From an uncultured Christensenella sp. (GTDB taxonomy: Bacteria > Bacillota > Clostridia > Christensenellales > UBA1242), in contig CAYSUK010000006.1 of assembly GCA_964434265.1 (NCBI GenBank), positions 11,398-75,397 on the forward strand: DNA of 64,000 nt, in the 5' to 3' direction. Positions 30,351-45,300 of this stretch are shown piece after piece; positions within the stretch are counted from its first letter, which is position 1, and every line of letters begins with the position of its first letter. The notes under the pieces were generated by a model, which saw only the letters and a list, made by a program, of their open reading frames with translations, made no database searches and was not told where the DNA came from. A program made the translations under genes and the position numbers.

Positions 30351-33300
30351 ATGGGAAAGAACTTACTTAGGAAAATATTTGCATTTGTAGTAATGGTCAT
30401 GGGGGCTGTGACTGTTTTTTCGGCATGCTCTAAAGACCCGTACAAAAAGATGCGATTATCTCTTGACAAAAATGAAATTACCATCACATATGATGCTGAC
30501 GATATTGAGAAAAATAGATTTAGTATATCAGCGACTGTAAGTGGTGTGGGCAAAAAAGTAAGTAAAGATGTCGAGTTTGTAGTGGGGGACAATAGTATTG
30601 TTTCGCCTATCGGTAGTGATTATATTCGCACTAGCGGGGACAAGACTACTGCCACATTTGTAGCTACTCCAAATGGCGGAACGACATACATCGATGTCAT
30701 GACACTTGAAGGAAATAAAAAACAACGTGTTATGGTCAATGTCGAAATCCCTATCGAAAGTATGTCCTTTGAGATGGAGACGCTGCCTATCGAACGTGGT
30801 GTAAAGACTGACATAACGTCCAAATTTGACGGAGTGTCGACCCAAATATACAATCGCCTATCTTTTGTTCCTGAGAACACAACCCAAAATGATGTTGTTT
30901 TGACAGTGACTGATATGAGCGGTGAAGCGTTTAGCGACAACGAAGTAACTATTGATGGAAACTATATTACGGTAAATAGCGAAACATTAAGTACATTTAA
31001 TTTGACCGCTACAAGCAAATTTGATAGTGATATCACCGCATCTATAAGTTGTACGGTTTTGGACACAATTGATACAGAAAAGGTGGTATTAAAAGAGAAC
31101 GATACTACTCTCCAACTCACATATGAAAGTGGCAAACCTGTTTATGTCCTAAATCTTGCAAATGCTTCGTCAAGTGCAGATGCTGACAAACAAAAAGAAG
31201 TATATGTAGATTTTAATATGGACAATGGTGTTGTGCCTGATGAAACATATGTTGTTGGTTGTGTTAAAGCAGACGGTATTCCATTTGGTGTAACAGACAA
31301 TCAAAACAGTTTTGTTGTGTGGGGTGGTAGTGGAAAGAGCACAGGGCTTGTTTATTTCTCTCTAAACTACAAGGGTTTTGAACATCTTTTTGCTCCAAAA
31401 TATGTTACTCTAAGAGTTAATGTAAGCACATTCCCTGACGAAATTTGTTTTTCAGACGGACAAGAACAAATTGAGAGCATGAAAGTATATCAAAACTATG
31501 GTGGTGCTGTTTTGGGTGCGTCTACCATACTTAATATTCTTAGTAGAAGTTCTGATGGTACAACTTCACCACTTAGTACCCAAACGGCATATTTGGCTGT
31601 AGAAGCAAGTGGTTATGGCGCAATAAGCGGTGTAAATCTTTGGTATTATTCGAAGGGTGTAAAATACGATATTAATGCAAAAACCGCTATTAGACATGGC
31701 GAAAAAATATATATTGGTTTTGATTCTGATGCAATTTCTGACTTTTCAAACACAATCGAACTTGTTGCGCGATCGACAGTAAATGATGTTGAGGGGCGGG
31801 TGACTCTTGACCTTGTGAAAGGAACGGTTAGACCTGTTTTTGCAAATGGTTCGGTCATTAATATGAAAGAAGGCGTATCTGAAAGTGAGCCAAACACATT
31901 TGTACTTAGCACAACAGAGCGAGACGACGGTATGCCATATTTGACCTTGGGCAGTACAGATGTCGCACTTAGTGAGTGCAGTGTAAAACTGGAAAACAAT
32001 GGCGGGGTTGTGACTTGTGTGTACGATGAACAACAAGGCGGATTTTTGATATCTGCCGGAAAACTTCCAGCCGGTGTTACTGAGATGACTGTATCCGGCA
32101 CTATCACTGCTCCAAATGGTGTGTCGGCAGACTTTAGTGTTTTTGTGTATGAAAATGTAAACAGCGACACTTTGGCTTTCCGTATTGGAAACAAAAATTA
32201 TACATTTAGCAGTATAAATGGTGTCGATAGTATTCCTAATGATGTCGAGCCTTACGAAATAACTATGTCGATAAGTGGCGGGTTTGATATTAAACTTGTA
32301 AAGCTGCTTGACTTTAAAACTGACGATGGTGGAAATGTCACCACCGAGTATGACCCAGATGGCAGATATGAAGTAATTGAGACTATCCCAAACAATATCG
32401 TTTTTGAGAAAATAACACGTGATGAAAATGGTAGTAAGGTTGTGAGTGTTGATTTTTCAAACAAACTCCACATCGCAAGTGGCAGAAGCACTGGTGAAGA
32501 TACTATAAGCTATGTTTTGTCTTCGACTTCATATGACCCTAATCTTAGCGACGAGAAAAACTACATGTATATCGCTTTCAAAATTACAGTTGAAGCAATT
32601 TTGAATGGTTTTAACATAAGCGGTAGTACTATTGAGACCGAAAGCAAAGATACATTCTCGATTATTGCTGATAGATCTATTTTGCATTCGGATACAAATA
32701 ATCTTAAGACAGACAAATTGAGAGCGATTGCTCGTCCAAATAACACTGTTTTGAATTATGAAAACATTAAGTTTGAAGTAAAATACGAAGACAAACTTGC
32801 AGAAAGTGAAGAACCGGAAGAATACACTTTTGATGGGGCAGTGGGTCGTCTATATTCTTTCAATATCACAAGTGGTCAAGATAAACGTATTATCAATTTC
32901 TCGATTTTTGTTTCGATTGATTTGAATGAAAAAAACATTGTGGAAATGACCTTTAGATGTGACAATATAGAAGGAATGGATAGTGCAAATGTTCGCGTTA
33001 CACTTATTTATACACAAACGTTTACTGACATAAATGGCAAGGCCGAATCGTATTCGGAAAGAAAAACTTTTGATGGTGTTATTCGCAAAGCTGTTAAGGT
33101 CACAAATATCGCTTTTGACAGACAAGAAGTTATGTTTAACGTAAACCAATTTGGAATAGATGCTAGCGGCAAAGTTCAAAACACTGAGCGTGCAAAAACT
33201 AGCGTAAACTATTTGGTGACTCCTTCGGCAAATTTGACCTTGAAAGGATTTTACTTATTCTACAAAATTGGCGATAACGATATCCAACAAGCAATTGGCA

Positions 33301-36300
33301 CAGACAATGAATACAATATTGATGGCTTTTTGAATGTTGTTGTGGGCGATGGATATGTAGGTTTGTCAATAACACAATATGAAGATGGTAAAGAAAATAT
33401 AAGATTGTATCTTGTTCCTATGGATATGTCGGACGAAACTGGAAGAATTGAGCCTTCTGTAGTCGAAAGCAGTGATATTCCTGCAAGTTTTACTGTATCG
33501 TTTAGAAATGGTACAAAAGATAATCCTTACAAAATTCAAGATGCATATGACTTACAATTTGTAAATAGCCAACTTGATGCATATTATGAACTAACAAATG
33601 ACATTTTGATAAGCAATAGTACTGATTGGACACCTATCGGCATAAATGCTGACAATCAATTTGTGGGCAATATCAAAGGAAATGGTTATAAAATATCGGG
33701 ACTTGTATTAAATAAGACTGTCAATATTGAGGATGCATGTATGACAGACTCAACCAAACAAGTTGTTGTTGGCAGTGAAACAGTAAATGTACAAGGTTAT
33801 GCTGCTTATTATGGATTGTTTGGGTATATTGGCATGGGTGCCGAGATATCAGACATTAAGTTTGAAAATTTCCACGTGTATGTCGAATATAATGGTGAAA
33901 ATCTCGGTGTTGAGATTGATGAAAACAATACTATAAGTAGTAGTGGTGAGAGAATATTTGTTGATGTATATATTGGTGGATTTGCAGGATTTAACCTAGG
34001 TACACTTACAAACATAACTGTTGTCGACGACACTGAGCGTGGTTATTCGTCACTAAAAGGCAATATTTTAAATTCGCTTCGTGTGACAGACGACGACAAC
34101 AATGTAGTCAATAAGGGTATTGCGTACCAACCTAAAAATATCTATTCTATCCACTCAAACAGTGTTTTTGTAGGCGGAATGGTTGGTCTAAACTCTGGTG
34201 AGATTTGCGAAGGCAAAGTAAACGTAGCGATGTTTGTTAGAGACAAACAAGATCACCCTACATTGCAAGGTATATCGACTGCATACGTTGGTGGTGTATC
34301 AGGTGTAAACTTGTCGACTAGACTCCAAAACAATGAGACTGTATATGAAAGTGGTATTATATCGGGTATCGATGTGTATTCGCTTATAAATGCAACACTT
34401 GTTGACCCAGTGTTTAAGGGCATGATACGAAATGACAATTCTGTATTGGGTGGAATTGTTGGACTAAACATCAGCGCAAATGGTTATGCGTTTGTTAAGG
34501 ATAGTACTTGCCAAACCATAATTGTCGGCAAAAACTATATCGGTGGCGCAATCGGTCAAAACTATGGTGTTTTGAACAATGTAGAGGTTATTCCGCATAT
34601 TTATGGTATCGACTACATTGGCGGTGCTGTCGGCACAAACATGAATGCATTTACCGGCACTTATCAAGTTGTAAACAACAACATAAAAACTGCATTGTTT
34701 GCATTTGGAAGTAAGGGGCTTATAAGTGTAGCGAATGATGACTATAAAAAAGGTATCGTATATCATACTAAGGTAAAATTTGTTGATACTGTCGACGAGA
34801 TTAGTTTGTTTAATACAAGCATTATTGGTCGAAACTACGTTGGTGGACTTATTGGTTATACATATGATAGCAATGCTGAAAAAGTAAATTTGCAAAATAC
34901 AAACTACTTACAACGAGCAAGTCAATACGACTTTACTTCAATAGCCAATACGACTTATGCTACTGTTGCATACTCGAGTGTCAAGTCTTACTTTACAAGG
35001 GGTGTTACAAATGTTAATGACTACGAGACTGAAGTACAATATCTAAACCAACTTTATATGGATTTCACCTATAAAGATGATAATGGAAATGTCATATTTG
35101 ATAAGACAATATTTGCAAATGCTGAGTCTAAATATTATGGCGACATTGTTGTGCTAGCGCCTATAAGTAGCGATGTAAATAATACATATATCGGTGGACT
35201 TATTGGATATTCTGATGGTGGAGTATCGACAAGCGGTAAAGAAGTTACGGCTGGAACAGGTGGAAACTATATTCATGTTTATTTTGATGCTGTTGTTTCA
35301 AATACCTACAATGTTGACTCCGAAACTGACACTGCCATAATAGGTGGTCTTATCGGCAAGGCAAATGGAATATTGTTTGTGTACAATGCAAATATTTTAG
35401 GGCGTGTTGAAAATGCTAAGTGCGTAGGCGGTTTTGTAGGTGACTCGTCAGAATTGCTTGATAGACTTGGTCTTGAAGACAAAAAACCTTATTCGAAAAG
35501 AGACAATTTTTATGAAAAGTCTACTACATACAACTATAGCGGAAAATTTAATATAAACAACTCTTACACAACACTCAAAATCGGTGATAATTATGTGCAA
35601 AACTTTGCATACATCGGCGAACGAGTTAATAATAAAATTAATTCGGGAGATAATGATAATAGCCAAGTAAACACCATTAGATATAATACTGGTGGTAGTG
35701 GATATCGTTTGAGTGGTGATAAAAACTATTATTATCCACAACGAAAAGTAAACAGAGTTACAATCAAGGAATATAAAGACAGCGAAGTAAAAGAAACATC
35801 TAGTACACGTAGAGTTGAGTATAGAAAAATATTAAAATATGTAGGAAATACTACTGATAAGATTGCTATTCAAAATGGCTATAAAGATAAAGTTTCGGCT
35901 CCAACATATGTGACAGAAGGAGAAGAAGGCTATAAAGAAGCAGGAATATTCCAATCCAATGGAACCAAAACATACTATTCGCTTACTACAAGTAGAGATG
36001 AAAATGATGTCGTTACAAATACATGGACACCTTCTCCAATTGTAGAGTATGTCAAATTGTATTGCGAAGATGACGCGACTGTCCCAACCTACTATAAAAA
36101 AGATGATTTGACATATAACAGTGATGATGGAATATATTTGTATGACGAAAATGGTGTTGCAAAATATAAAAAGACAAATTATTACATTATGACAAGTAAT
36201 GCTACTTATAATTATTATGTAGAACAAGTCGATGACTCAGAAATAGAGAATACTAATCCTCTTGAAGTAATAGTTTATACTTGTACTCCTGCATATGTAG

Positions 36301-39300
36301 AAGTTGAGCCTAATTATGTAAGTGCTACTCTCACTGTCTATAATAATGGTGTGCAAAACAATGGTGCTGATTTCTATTGGTATAATTCTTACATCTACAA
36401 CAGCACTTCAAACACAATTGCATTAAATAATGACACATATACTATTTATGAAAAGGGCGAATATAAGACCGAATACGAACTTGCAAAAACATCTACATAT
36501 AGTGAATATGTGGTAGGTGATACAGTATATGCAAATATCATAGTAGACCCAGCTGGTAGCAGTAATAGACAAATCAAGTTTTACACAACGGCAGATGATA
36601 CAGAACCTAATACAATCGACTACAATGACAAAAACATGTATCACAAGATGCTTGATTATGTCGTAAATGGCACTACTCTTAATAATGTCACAAGCGAAAT
36701 TGGCCAAGCAGAAGTTGAGTTTAGTTATAATAGACTTACTGCATCAAATTCGTTCTATGTGGGCTTTGAGACATATTTGTACGACCAAGATGGCAATGTC
36801 TTAGAAGAAAATGACGTAGCCAAAAAGGTCGAGTTTACAGAAAATGATGCTAAAAATACAACTCTTGGGCTCGAAGGAAACTATTATTCGTATTATCCTA
36901 CTACATGGCATTATACAAACATAAATTATTCGGATTTGATATTTAAAAAATATGCAAGTCTTAGTAGCCTTGCTGGATATCATATACAATATGAAGATAG
37001 TGACGATCTCGAGTGTGTGATTGCTGAGTATGCGGAAAACGAAGTACTTATCAATGGTGAAGGTTTTGTAAATCCAAAAACATATATCTCCGAGTACGAC
37101 CTTAATACATATGCGTATAGCATGTATGAAGGTGGTGGAAATAATGGTTTGGTAAGTGGCCAATCCACAGAAGGCAACTATATTTATCATAATAGAGAAG
37201 TAAATGGTGGACTTCCACTAGCATTTGGAAAATATCAAGGCGAAAACGAAACCAAACTAAATCTTATAATTGATATTGCTCCAGAATCCTTGAATATAGG
37301 AAATGCAAATGGTGACTATAGAGTCGACAATGTAAGCAAAAATGAAGATGGAAGTTTGGTCAATGACAATACTATGGGTCATCTTGTTGCTGTTATTTTG
37401 GATTATGACGAAAGCAACGAAAATAAATATGACTTTATTGGCGGAGTCAATAATGTCATTGATGTTAATCTACTTCCACAATTTGTCGGATATGGCAATC
37501 TAAAGATTGTGTCGAGCGATAGTTCGGTTGTTGAAGTTGTGGTTGGCGGAGATAACTACAGTCTCCTTGCCAAGGGTGTAGGTTGTGCTATTATCAATAT
37601 CGCTAGCACCTTAAACAATTCACTTTCGTGCGATATTGTTGTGCTTGTAAAAGAGACAACGACAGCCCTTAATTATACATATTTGACTTCAAATGGTGTC
37701 AAGGTATTGCAAGATAATGCAAGTATTAGCATTCTTAAAAACAATAGTTCGATATTTGGCATAACAGCCAAAAACAATTCGAAAGATGTTGTGCTCAAAA
37801 ACTTTGGAGTAGAGTACACTATAAATAGCGGAAGTGCTATCATAAACGGCAAAAATTATACAGCTGGTAGCACAGTGTATGTGTACGGTGTATCAAATTC
37901 GTTTAAGGTAGACGAAGAATATGAAATTACTGCTAGACCATTCTATTTGTATGAAGTAACATATAATGGAAATACATACGCATATAGAAAATATGTTGAT
38001 GCACTTACTGGAAAAAGTGAAGTGGATACTGAAAGTATTACATACACAGTGTCGCCAAATAGTTTTGCATACAATATTACCGCTCCTGGCAATATCCAAG
38101 CGGGAATTGCAAACCAAACAAGTTTTGAAATCCAAGTAAAAAGTAATGACAGTACACTAGTTCCATTTAATATTTGTTTTGGTGAAAAAGACACCAATGG
38201 TGAAGACAAATATTATGTAGTCGAAACAACACTTGATGGTGGAGTGTATGAAAGTTTATTTAAAATAGGTGATGGCGAAAATGACAAAAAAGACTCTATC
38301 ACAGTAAACAAACTAAATATTACTCTTGTAAAAACTACATATAGTGAAATAAGAAATATCCATACAATCAAATTTGTATTAGATGTCGACTCAAACGACT
38401 ATAACAGTTTTTCGAATGAAACAGAATTTGAGATATCTTGCAAAATTAATGGAAGTTATATCGCAGATAATAACGATAAAAGTGACAAATTTACATTCAC
38501 ATTACTTCCTTTCCAAGTGGAAAATGTGCGAATGAGTCACTATACAAAATTCTGGTATGACAATTCGTCCGATGATGCTGACAATAATTATGAAACTACT
38601 TACAAGTCATACAAATACGCGTCAAACAAAATTATTCCAGGATATAATAGTTTGCTTCAAGTAAATATTACTCCTTCTTACGGAAAGTTTGACTACGTAA
38701 TCGCAGAAATAGTAGGTACTGATGGCTCGATAATTAGACAAGTGGTTGAAAGCGAAAACAGTCTAAATAATTCGCAAGGTGTAAGTGCATATTATGACTT
38801 CCCATACTTTGAACAAGTAAATAATGCTTCAAACAAAATTAAAGTCACAAACAAATATTCATATTTTAAGGATACCAGTAGGACTTATGATCCAAGTTTG
38901 ATGCTAGGCGATGATCGTGACGACTACTTTAAGTGGGACGAAAGCGGAACATTGCTCTTTGCTCTAAACCTAGACTCGAAGTATGTAAACTCTACCGTCT
39001 CTATAAGTGTAAAGGGTTATTCGATAGAGTCGAGCGGCGATACGTTGCAATTTGAACAAAGCATAACACTTGATGTTGTCGAATTGCCACGTTTGTCCGT
39101 AACATGGGACCGCACAAGCAACGAGTTTTCAAAGGGTAATACAACCAATGCAACATTAAATATCGGTGGAAGCCTTGATATTAATATTGATACAAATGAT
39201 ACTCAAATTGAATGCAATCCAGCTATAGGTAAGGTCGAGTATCAAAATGGCAAATATGTATTCTCACTAACAGACAAACTTACAACAAAAGATGCAAATG

Positions 39301-42300
39301 GTGCTATGGTACCAATTGGCTTAAACACAGATTATGCTATCACTTTTACTGCTACAAAAATAGTTGATGGTGCAAAATATAGCACTCAAGCTACTATTTA
39401 TGTAAGACCAGTACTATTCCTAGTATCGGGTGTATCGTTTTTGGGTAGCGATGGAAAAGCTATATCGGATTCGATGAATGTATACTACAACGAAGAAAAA
39501 GACATCAAAGTCCAAATCAATGCAGAATACGATATAACAGCGTTGGAAAATTTCGATTCTACATACACGAAAGAAGCTATAGAAGATAATATACAAACTG
39601 AACTTAATAGGCTTGCACAACAAGTTTGGAATACTGCTACTGAGAACGATAATGATAGTTATACTTCAAGTTATTTTTGGAAAAACGAAATTGGCAACAA
39701 GGACCAATCAAATGCCTTAACTACTGGAGATTATTCGCGTAGAGGATATATCTTAAAATACTTAGGCACAGATACAGATGCTTGTTTTAAAATCCGCATA
39801 GCTTCGAGCAGTGTAAAAGATAACATTGTTGTGGCTGTAAACTATGATTATACTAGTAGTGGAGTGGCAATTTATCCAAGTGGCGATGGATTGACCAAAT
39901 ATGCGGGAATGGTGCAAAAAACACTATCATTTAATGTTCATGCATCTAGCAGAGATGAAAACCCACTTCCTATCAAATCGGTAGACGACTTTAAAAACAT
40001 GGTTGCTGGAGAAAGTTATATCCTTCTAAACGACCTTGTGCTTTCAAAATGGGAGCCTATCGAAGCCTTGTTTAGGTCTTTTGATGGAAATGGATATACT
40101 ATTACAATTACTTCGTTTGGAAATGTCTCGGGATTGACGGATATCGGCCTATTTAGCACAATAGGTACTGACGATAGCGACCTTGGTTATTACACAACTA
40201 TCGAGAATCTATATATTGATATTTGTCCAATAACAGAAGGCGAAAGCGGAATGCTATATATGGACGAGACTGCGACACTTGAAGTCAATATTGGCTCGAC
40301 AGAAGATGTCAATGTCGGAGTTTTGGCGGGCACAAACTATGGTGTAATCACAAACGTAAATGTTACAAACAATGCTAGCCATATACGTGCAAGCCGTAAA
40401 GCTTCACTATCAGGTTATAGTCCAATCATTGTCGAAGACTTTAGTAAGTACTTTTATTCAGATCCAGATACAGATATCGAAGACGATTATAAGAACGCTT
40501 TGGCGGGTAGTAAAACAATAAATATCGATAGTGACAATATGGTCGATACATTTAGTATTGTGACCAGCGAAACTAAAGAGTCGCAAGGCTTGTACGTCGG
40601 TGGACTAGTCGGACTAAACAGTGCTTCTGGATACATTACAAATAGTAGTGTAGAAGGTGTCAATGTTAAAGGCATGGACTATGTGGCGGGTTTTGCTTCG
40701 AGAAACTTGGGATATATCAGTTCATCTTACTTTAAAGGTGGCAGTGTAATCTCAAATGACAAGCAAACAAAAGCCAATTCGGCTACAGCAGGTTTTGTCG
40801 CTAAAAACGAAAGTGGTAAAATCCAATTTAGTTATGTACTAGGTGCCGAGACCGGAGATGTATATAACAAAAATACGACAGATGATAATATCAATAGCAT
40901 GTCCACATATATACATAGTGACAGCAATAGTGATATGCTTGTGCTCAATTCAAATAGCCCAGAGTATAGTGCTAGTGACAAACGTACAGGCAAAATCCAA
41001 ATCAATTTGACTGATTATGCTGGCTATGCAATTTACAAACAATATAAAGAAGATGGTACAAATAAAGATATCGCAAATCTTAGAGCGCTTGGTTCGGCTG
41101 TATACACAAACAACTATGCATCGGGATTTGTAGGCGAAAATAGCGCATATATCTCAAACTGTTATGCAAATATCCTTGTATCTGGTACTTACAGTGCAGG
41201 ATTTGCTTATGAAAATGAAGGCAAAATCGAAAGTAGTTATTCGATGTCGTCGATTAAAAACAACAATGAAAACTACTATCCATTTATCCAATCTAAGACT
41301 GATGTTGACAAATGTTTTTATCTATATGTAAATGCAAGTGACGGCATAAATGTTGACAGTCTAAAAGATGGTTTTTCAAAATACAATGAAGATGTAGCGA
41401 CTTCGCTTTATGCGGCTGCATTTGGCGACTACAACACATTCACTTCTTGGGGCTTTAATAGTGACTATTCACAAAACAACAAGTTGGAAGATGGCGTATG
41501 GTTTATTCCTGCAAAATCAGACAATGTGAAATCGACATCGGTCGGTATGCAAACATACCTTCGTGAGTCGTCATACACAAGTCTCAGACCCGAACTTGTA
41601 TCTGCAAATATCTTCACAATGAGCCTTCGTTATTACGTAACAGGTGATAATGGCAATTATTCGTACACAAACGTGGATAATTGGGTGGTTGAAAATAGAT
41701 CATCTCTTAATATAAGCCAAGGCAGTCTAAACAATCCATTACTTATCACAACGGCGAGCGATTTTAACACAAACCTTAGCCCAGCAAAAGATGATAATGG
41801 CAATAATACACCAAATTGTAGTATTGTGCGTATGGTGCATGATATTGAGTTCCATGAAGTCCAAACAGCAACTACATTTACGACAGACTTTAAAGGTAAT
41901 CTTGAAGGTAACGGACTTAGCATAAACAAACTTCGCATTGTTGCAGATGCTTCAAGTACAAATGATAAGGTGACATATCTTGGTCTATTTAGAAGTATCC
42001 AAAGTGGCACCGTCCGAAATCTAAACATTAATATTGAAGAGATATCGGGTTCGAATATTAATTTTGTAGGTGTGCTTGCAGGTGCAATTGATAATGGAAA
42101 GGTCTACAATATTAAGATTTCAAGCACTTACGATGATGTGAGAGTCGAAGGACTAAACGCAGTAGGCGGACTTGCAGGTATGATTGTGGGCGCTTCGGAT
42201 ATTGTAAATATCACAAACAATATTTCAGTAAAAGCCAATGCTAGATATCAACTTAATATATTTAGTCCATATAATCCAAATGTGCAAAACACCCAATTTA

Positions 42301-45300
42301 AGATGTTTGTGCCAAATGATGACACTCAAAAACCATTTGAAGACACAAATGTCACAACTACATATTCAGGTGGAAAAACTAAATCTGATAATATAGCAGA
42401 TGCAATCAAAGACATAAGTTATGTAGGTGGTATCGCTGGTATAATCGACGTAACAGCTAATCTAAAGAATAGCAGACTTGACTACACTGACCGCATTAGA
42501 CAATGTTATGTAAACGAAAGTGTAATATTGACCGGTGATGTTGTGGGTGGACTTGCAGGTTATGTCGGACAAAACTCGAGCCTTTCAAACTCAGAATTTG
42601 TAATCTGTGAAAACACTACTCTAAATGCACTCAGAGTGGGCGGTGCAATTGTCGGACATAATGAAGGAAAACTAAATAGAGTAGTTGTTAAATACGACAA
42701 TCAAAAACAAGTAGATGCAAATTTCTACAATGCCGAAAACAATACTCAAAACAATAGTTCGTACTACAATGCGCTTGACAATGCACGTAGCGACTCAGCA
42801 TATACACTAAATATCCGTAGCGATGTATTTAGCGGAAATGCTCACTATATCGGTGGCATAATCGGTGCAAACTTTGGCGGAACACTTAAAAACTCTTATT
42901 CTCGTCTCAATGTCGTAAATATCTATTCGGCATATGCAGGCGGTCTAATCGGTCTAAATATCGGTGGCGAACTTGACTCTGTCTACACGACTGGTAGCGT
43001 AAAAGGATATTTTGCGACCGGCGGTATTATCGGTATCCAACCAAAGGTTTTGAGCATAGAGAAAGAGAAAAATGGTACTACAGTTACATATTATTATCTT
43101 GATGACCAATCGACTGCTGTAAATAATGATTATGCTCGTCGTTATATCAATAATATAAGCAATGTATTGAATGGATTGAGTCTTTATAAAACAGAAAGCA
43201 CAACCATCACTACTGAATCTACTACATACTCAAATGTTGTAGGTGCAAATATCTGGCGATATAGCGACACAAGCGTATATCGAAGCGAGTATTATTCTAC
43301 ACAAAGGGATTCTTATATAGGTGTATTTGTAGGATTTATGTCTGACAATACACTAATCAAACAAAACGCAATTAGTAGCCGCTTAGCTATTGAAAACACA
43401 TTCTTCAAACAAACATATGTATACAATACAAATTCAAATGCTTTGATAAGTGAAATCGGAAATATAGATTTGGCAATAGGAGAAAGTTATTCAGAAGACA
43501 ATACATATACAGACATTGTTTCTGATAAGGAAAATGATCTTCAAAATTTAACAATATTCTCGCTAAATTATACGGTAGATGAAATTACATATGCTGTTTC
43601 ACGTATGCAATATTATGGAAGCCTAAGATCGTTAAATGAGATAGTAAGCCGAACATATAGCGTAAGTGACGAAGCGTCAATTTGGCGACATATGACAGGC
43701 AAAACGGATTACAACGAAAGTCTATTTAATAGGTCTGGAGTCAAACAAATAAGCATTTACTTTGGTTTTGACACCTTTAACTGGAACGGCACTCAAATAG
43801 ACTCTGAAACTAATTTGATCGTCAATGAAGTTTCGGGTGTCAGAGATGTGTTCCCAGAAATCGTCAACAACCTAAAACCAAAAATCATCAATGTAAAGAC
43901 TGAAGATGATTTGCGTAAAATGAGTACGTACTTAGATTCGAAATTTATTTTGCAAAATGATATTACATTGTCGTTAGCATGGATGCCAGTCGGAACAGAA
44001 GACAAGCCGTTTACTGGTGAATTGTGTAGTGCTGAAGGACAATGCTATTCGATTAAAAATGTTAGTATGACAGATGGCGACAATGATTATTTTGGATTTA
44101 TTAGAGTCGCAAATGGTGCATCACTTCACGACTTTAAACTCGAATGTACAGATGTATTAAATAATGATGCGAATAGCACTAAGAGCAATAATGACTCAAC
44201 AAGCATTGCAGGTGGAATACTTGTAGGTCTTGCCGATAAAGATGAAGATGATGAAAACACAACAATTGAGAATGTCAATATCAGACTAAATACTGATAAA
44301 AATGTTAAAATTTTCAGCACCCAATATGTCGGCGGTGTGGTAGGCTATGGAAAAGGGCTTTCATTAAGTGATGTGACACTTGAGAAGTATGAAAACTCAA
44401 CTACCGCTACACAAAGCAGTACGAGTGTTAATGCAAAATTCTTCACATCGATGTATAAAACTGAGTATCAGGCTGGAACAGAGACTGTAATAAATATAAG
44501 TTATGCATTTGGTGGACTTGTGGGAAGATTTGATAAAGACGATACTCAAACTTCGACTTCTACAGATACACCTGCTGATGAAACTACAAGTGCCGAGAAT
44601 ATAACTACACTTTCTGATGAAACTACAAGCGCCGAGACAACAAGTACACTTTCTGTCAATAATATCGACTTCTATGTCAATTATTTGGATGAAACTACAA
44701 TATCGACTCTTGTCACAACTGAAAATCGTAAGTTTGACGAAAGTAAAGTCTATGTCGGTGGAGTATTGGGTTGGACCGAAACTACTCCTACGTGGGAGAT
44801 ATCGACTAGCGGAGTAAGTATTACTGCAAATATGCCAGATGATACAACATATGGTTTGTATATTGGTGGTGCAGTAGGTGGTTCTAATGGTGTTAACTAT
44901 ACTTCTGACATCGAAGTTAATACAAATATTACGGCGACACTAAACAATAATTCTACAAATAATCCAGCAGGTATCGGTGGTGTGTTTGGTAGAATTGGTA
45001 ATGCTGAAGTAGCAAGTATTGTAAATAATACTAAAAATACTATCACTCTTAACATTACAAATGCAAACAACAAAGTCTATGTTGGTGGTGTAGTAGGATA
45101 CGCATCTAGCACTACATTTGATAGTGCAGATTCAAACACAGCATCTAGCATTACTATTCCTGATGATACTACTACTGTTGTGAGTAATATTCGTGCCGGT
45201 GGATTTGTTGGCTTCGCTGAAAATTCGGAAATAAACAATGTCAATGTGGGTAGTGCTGAGATTACAAATGGCATTCTTACATCAAAAATCGACCTTATTA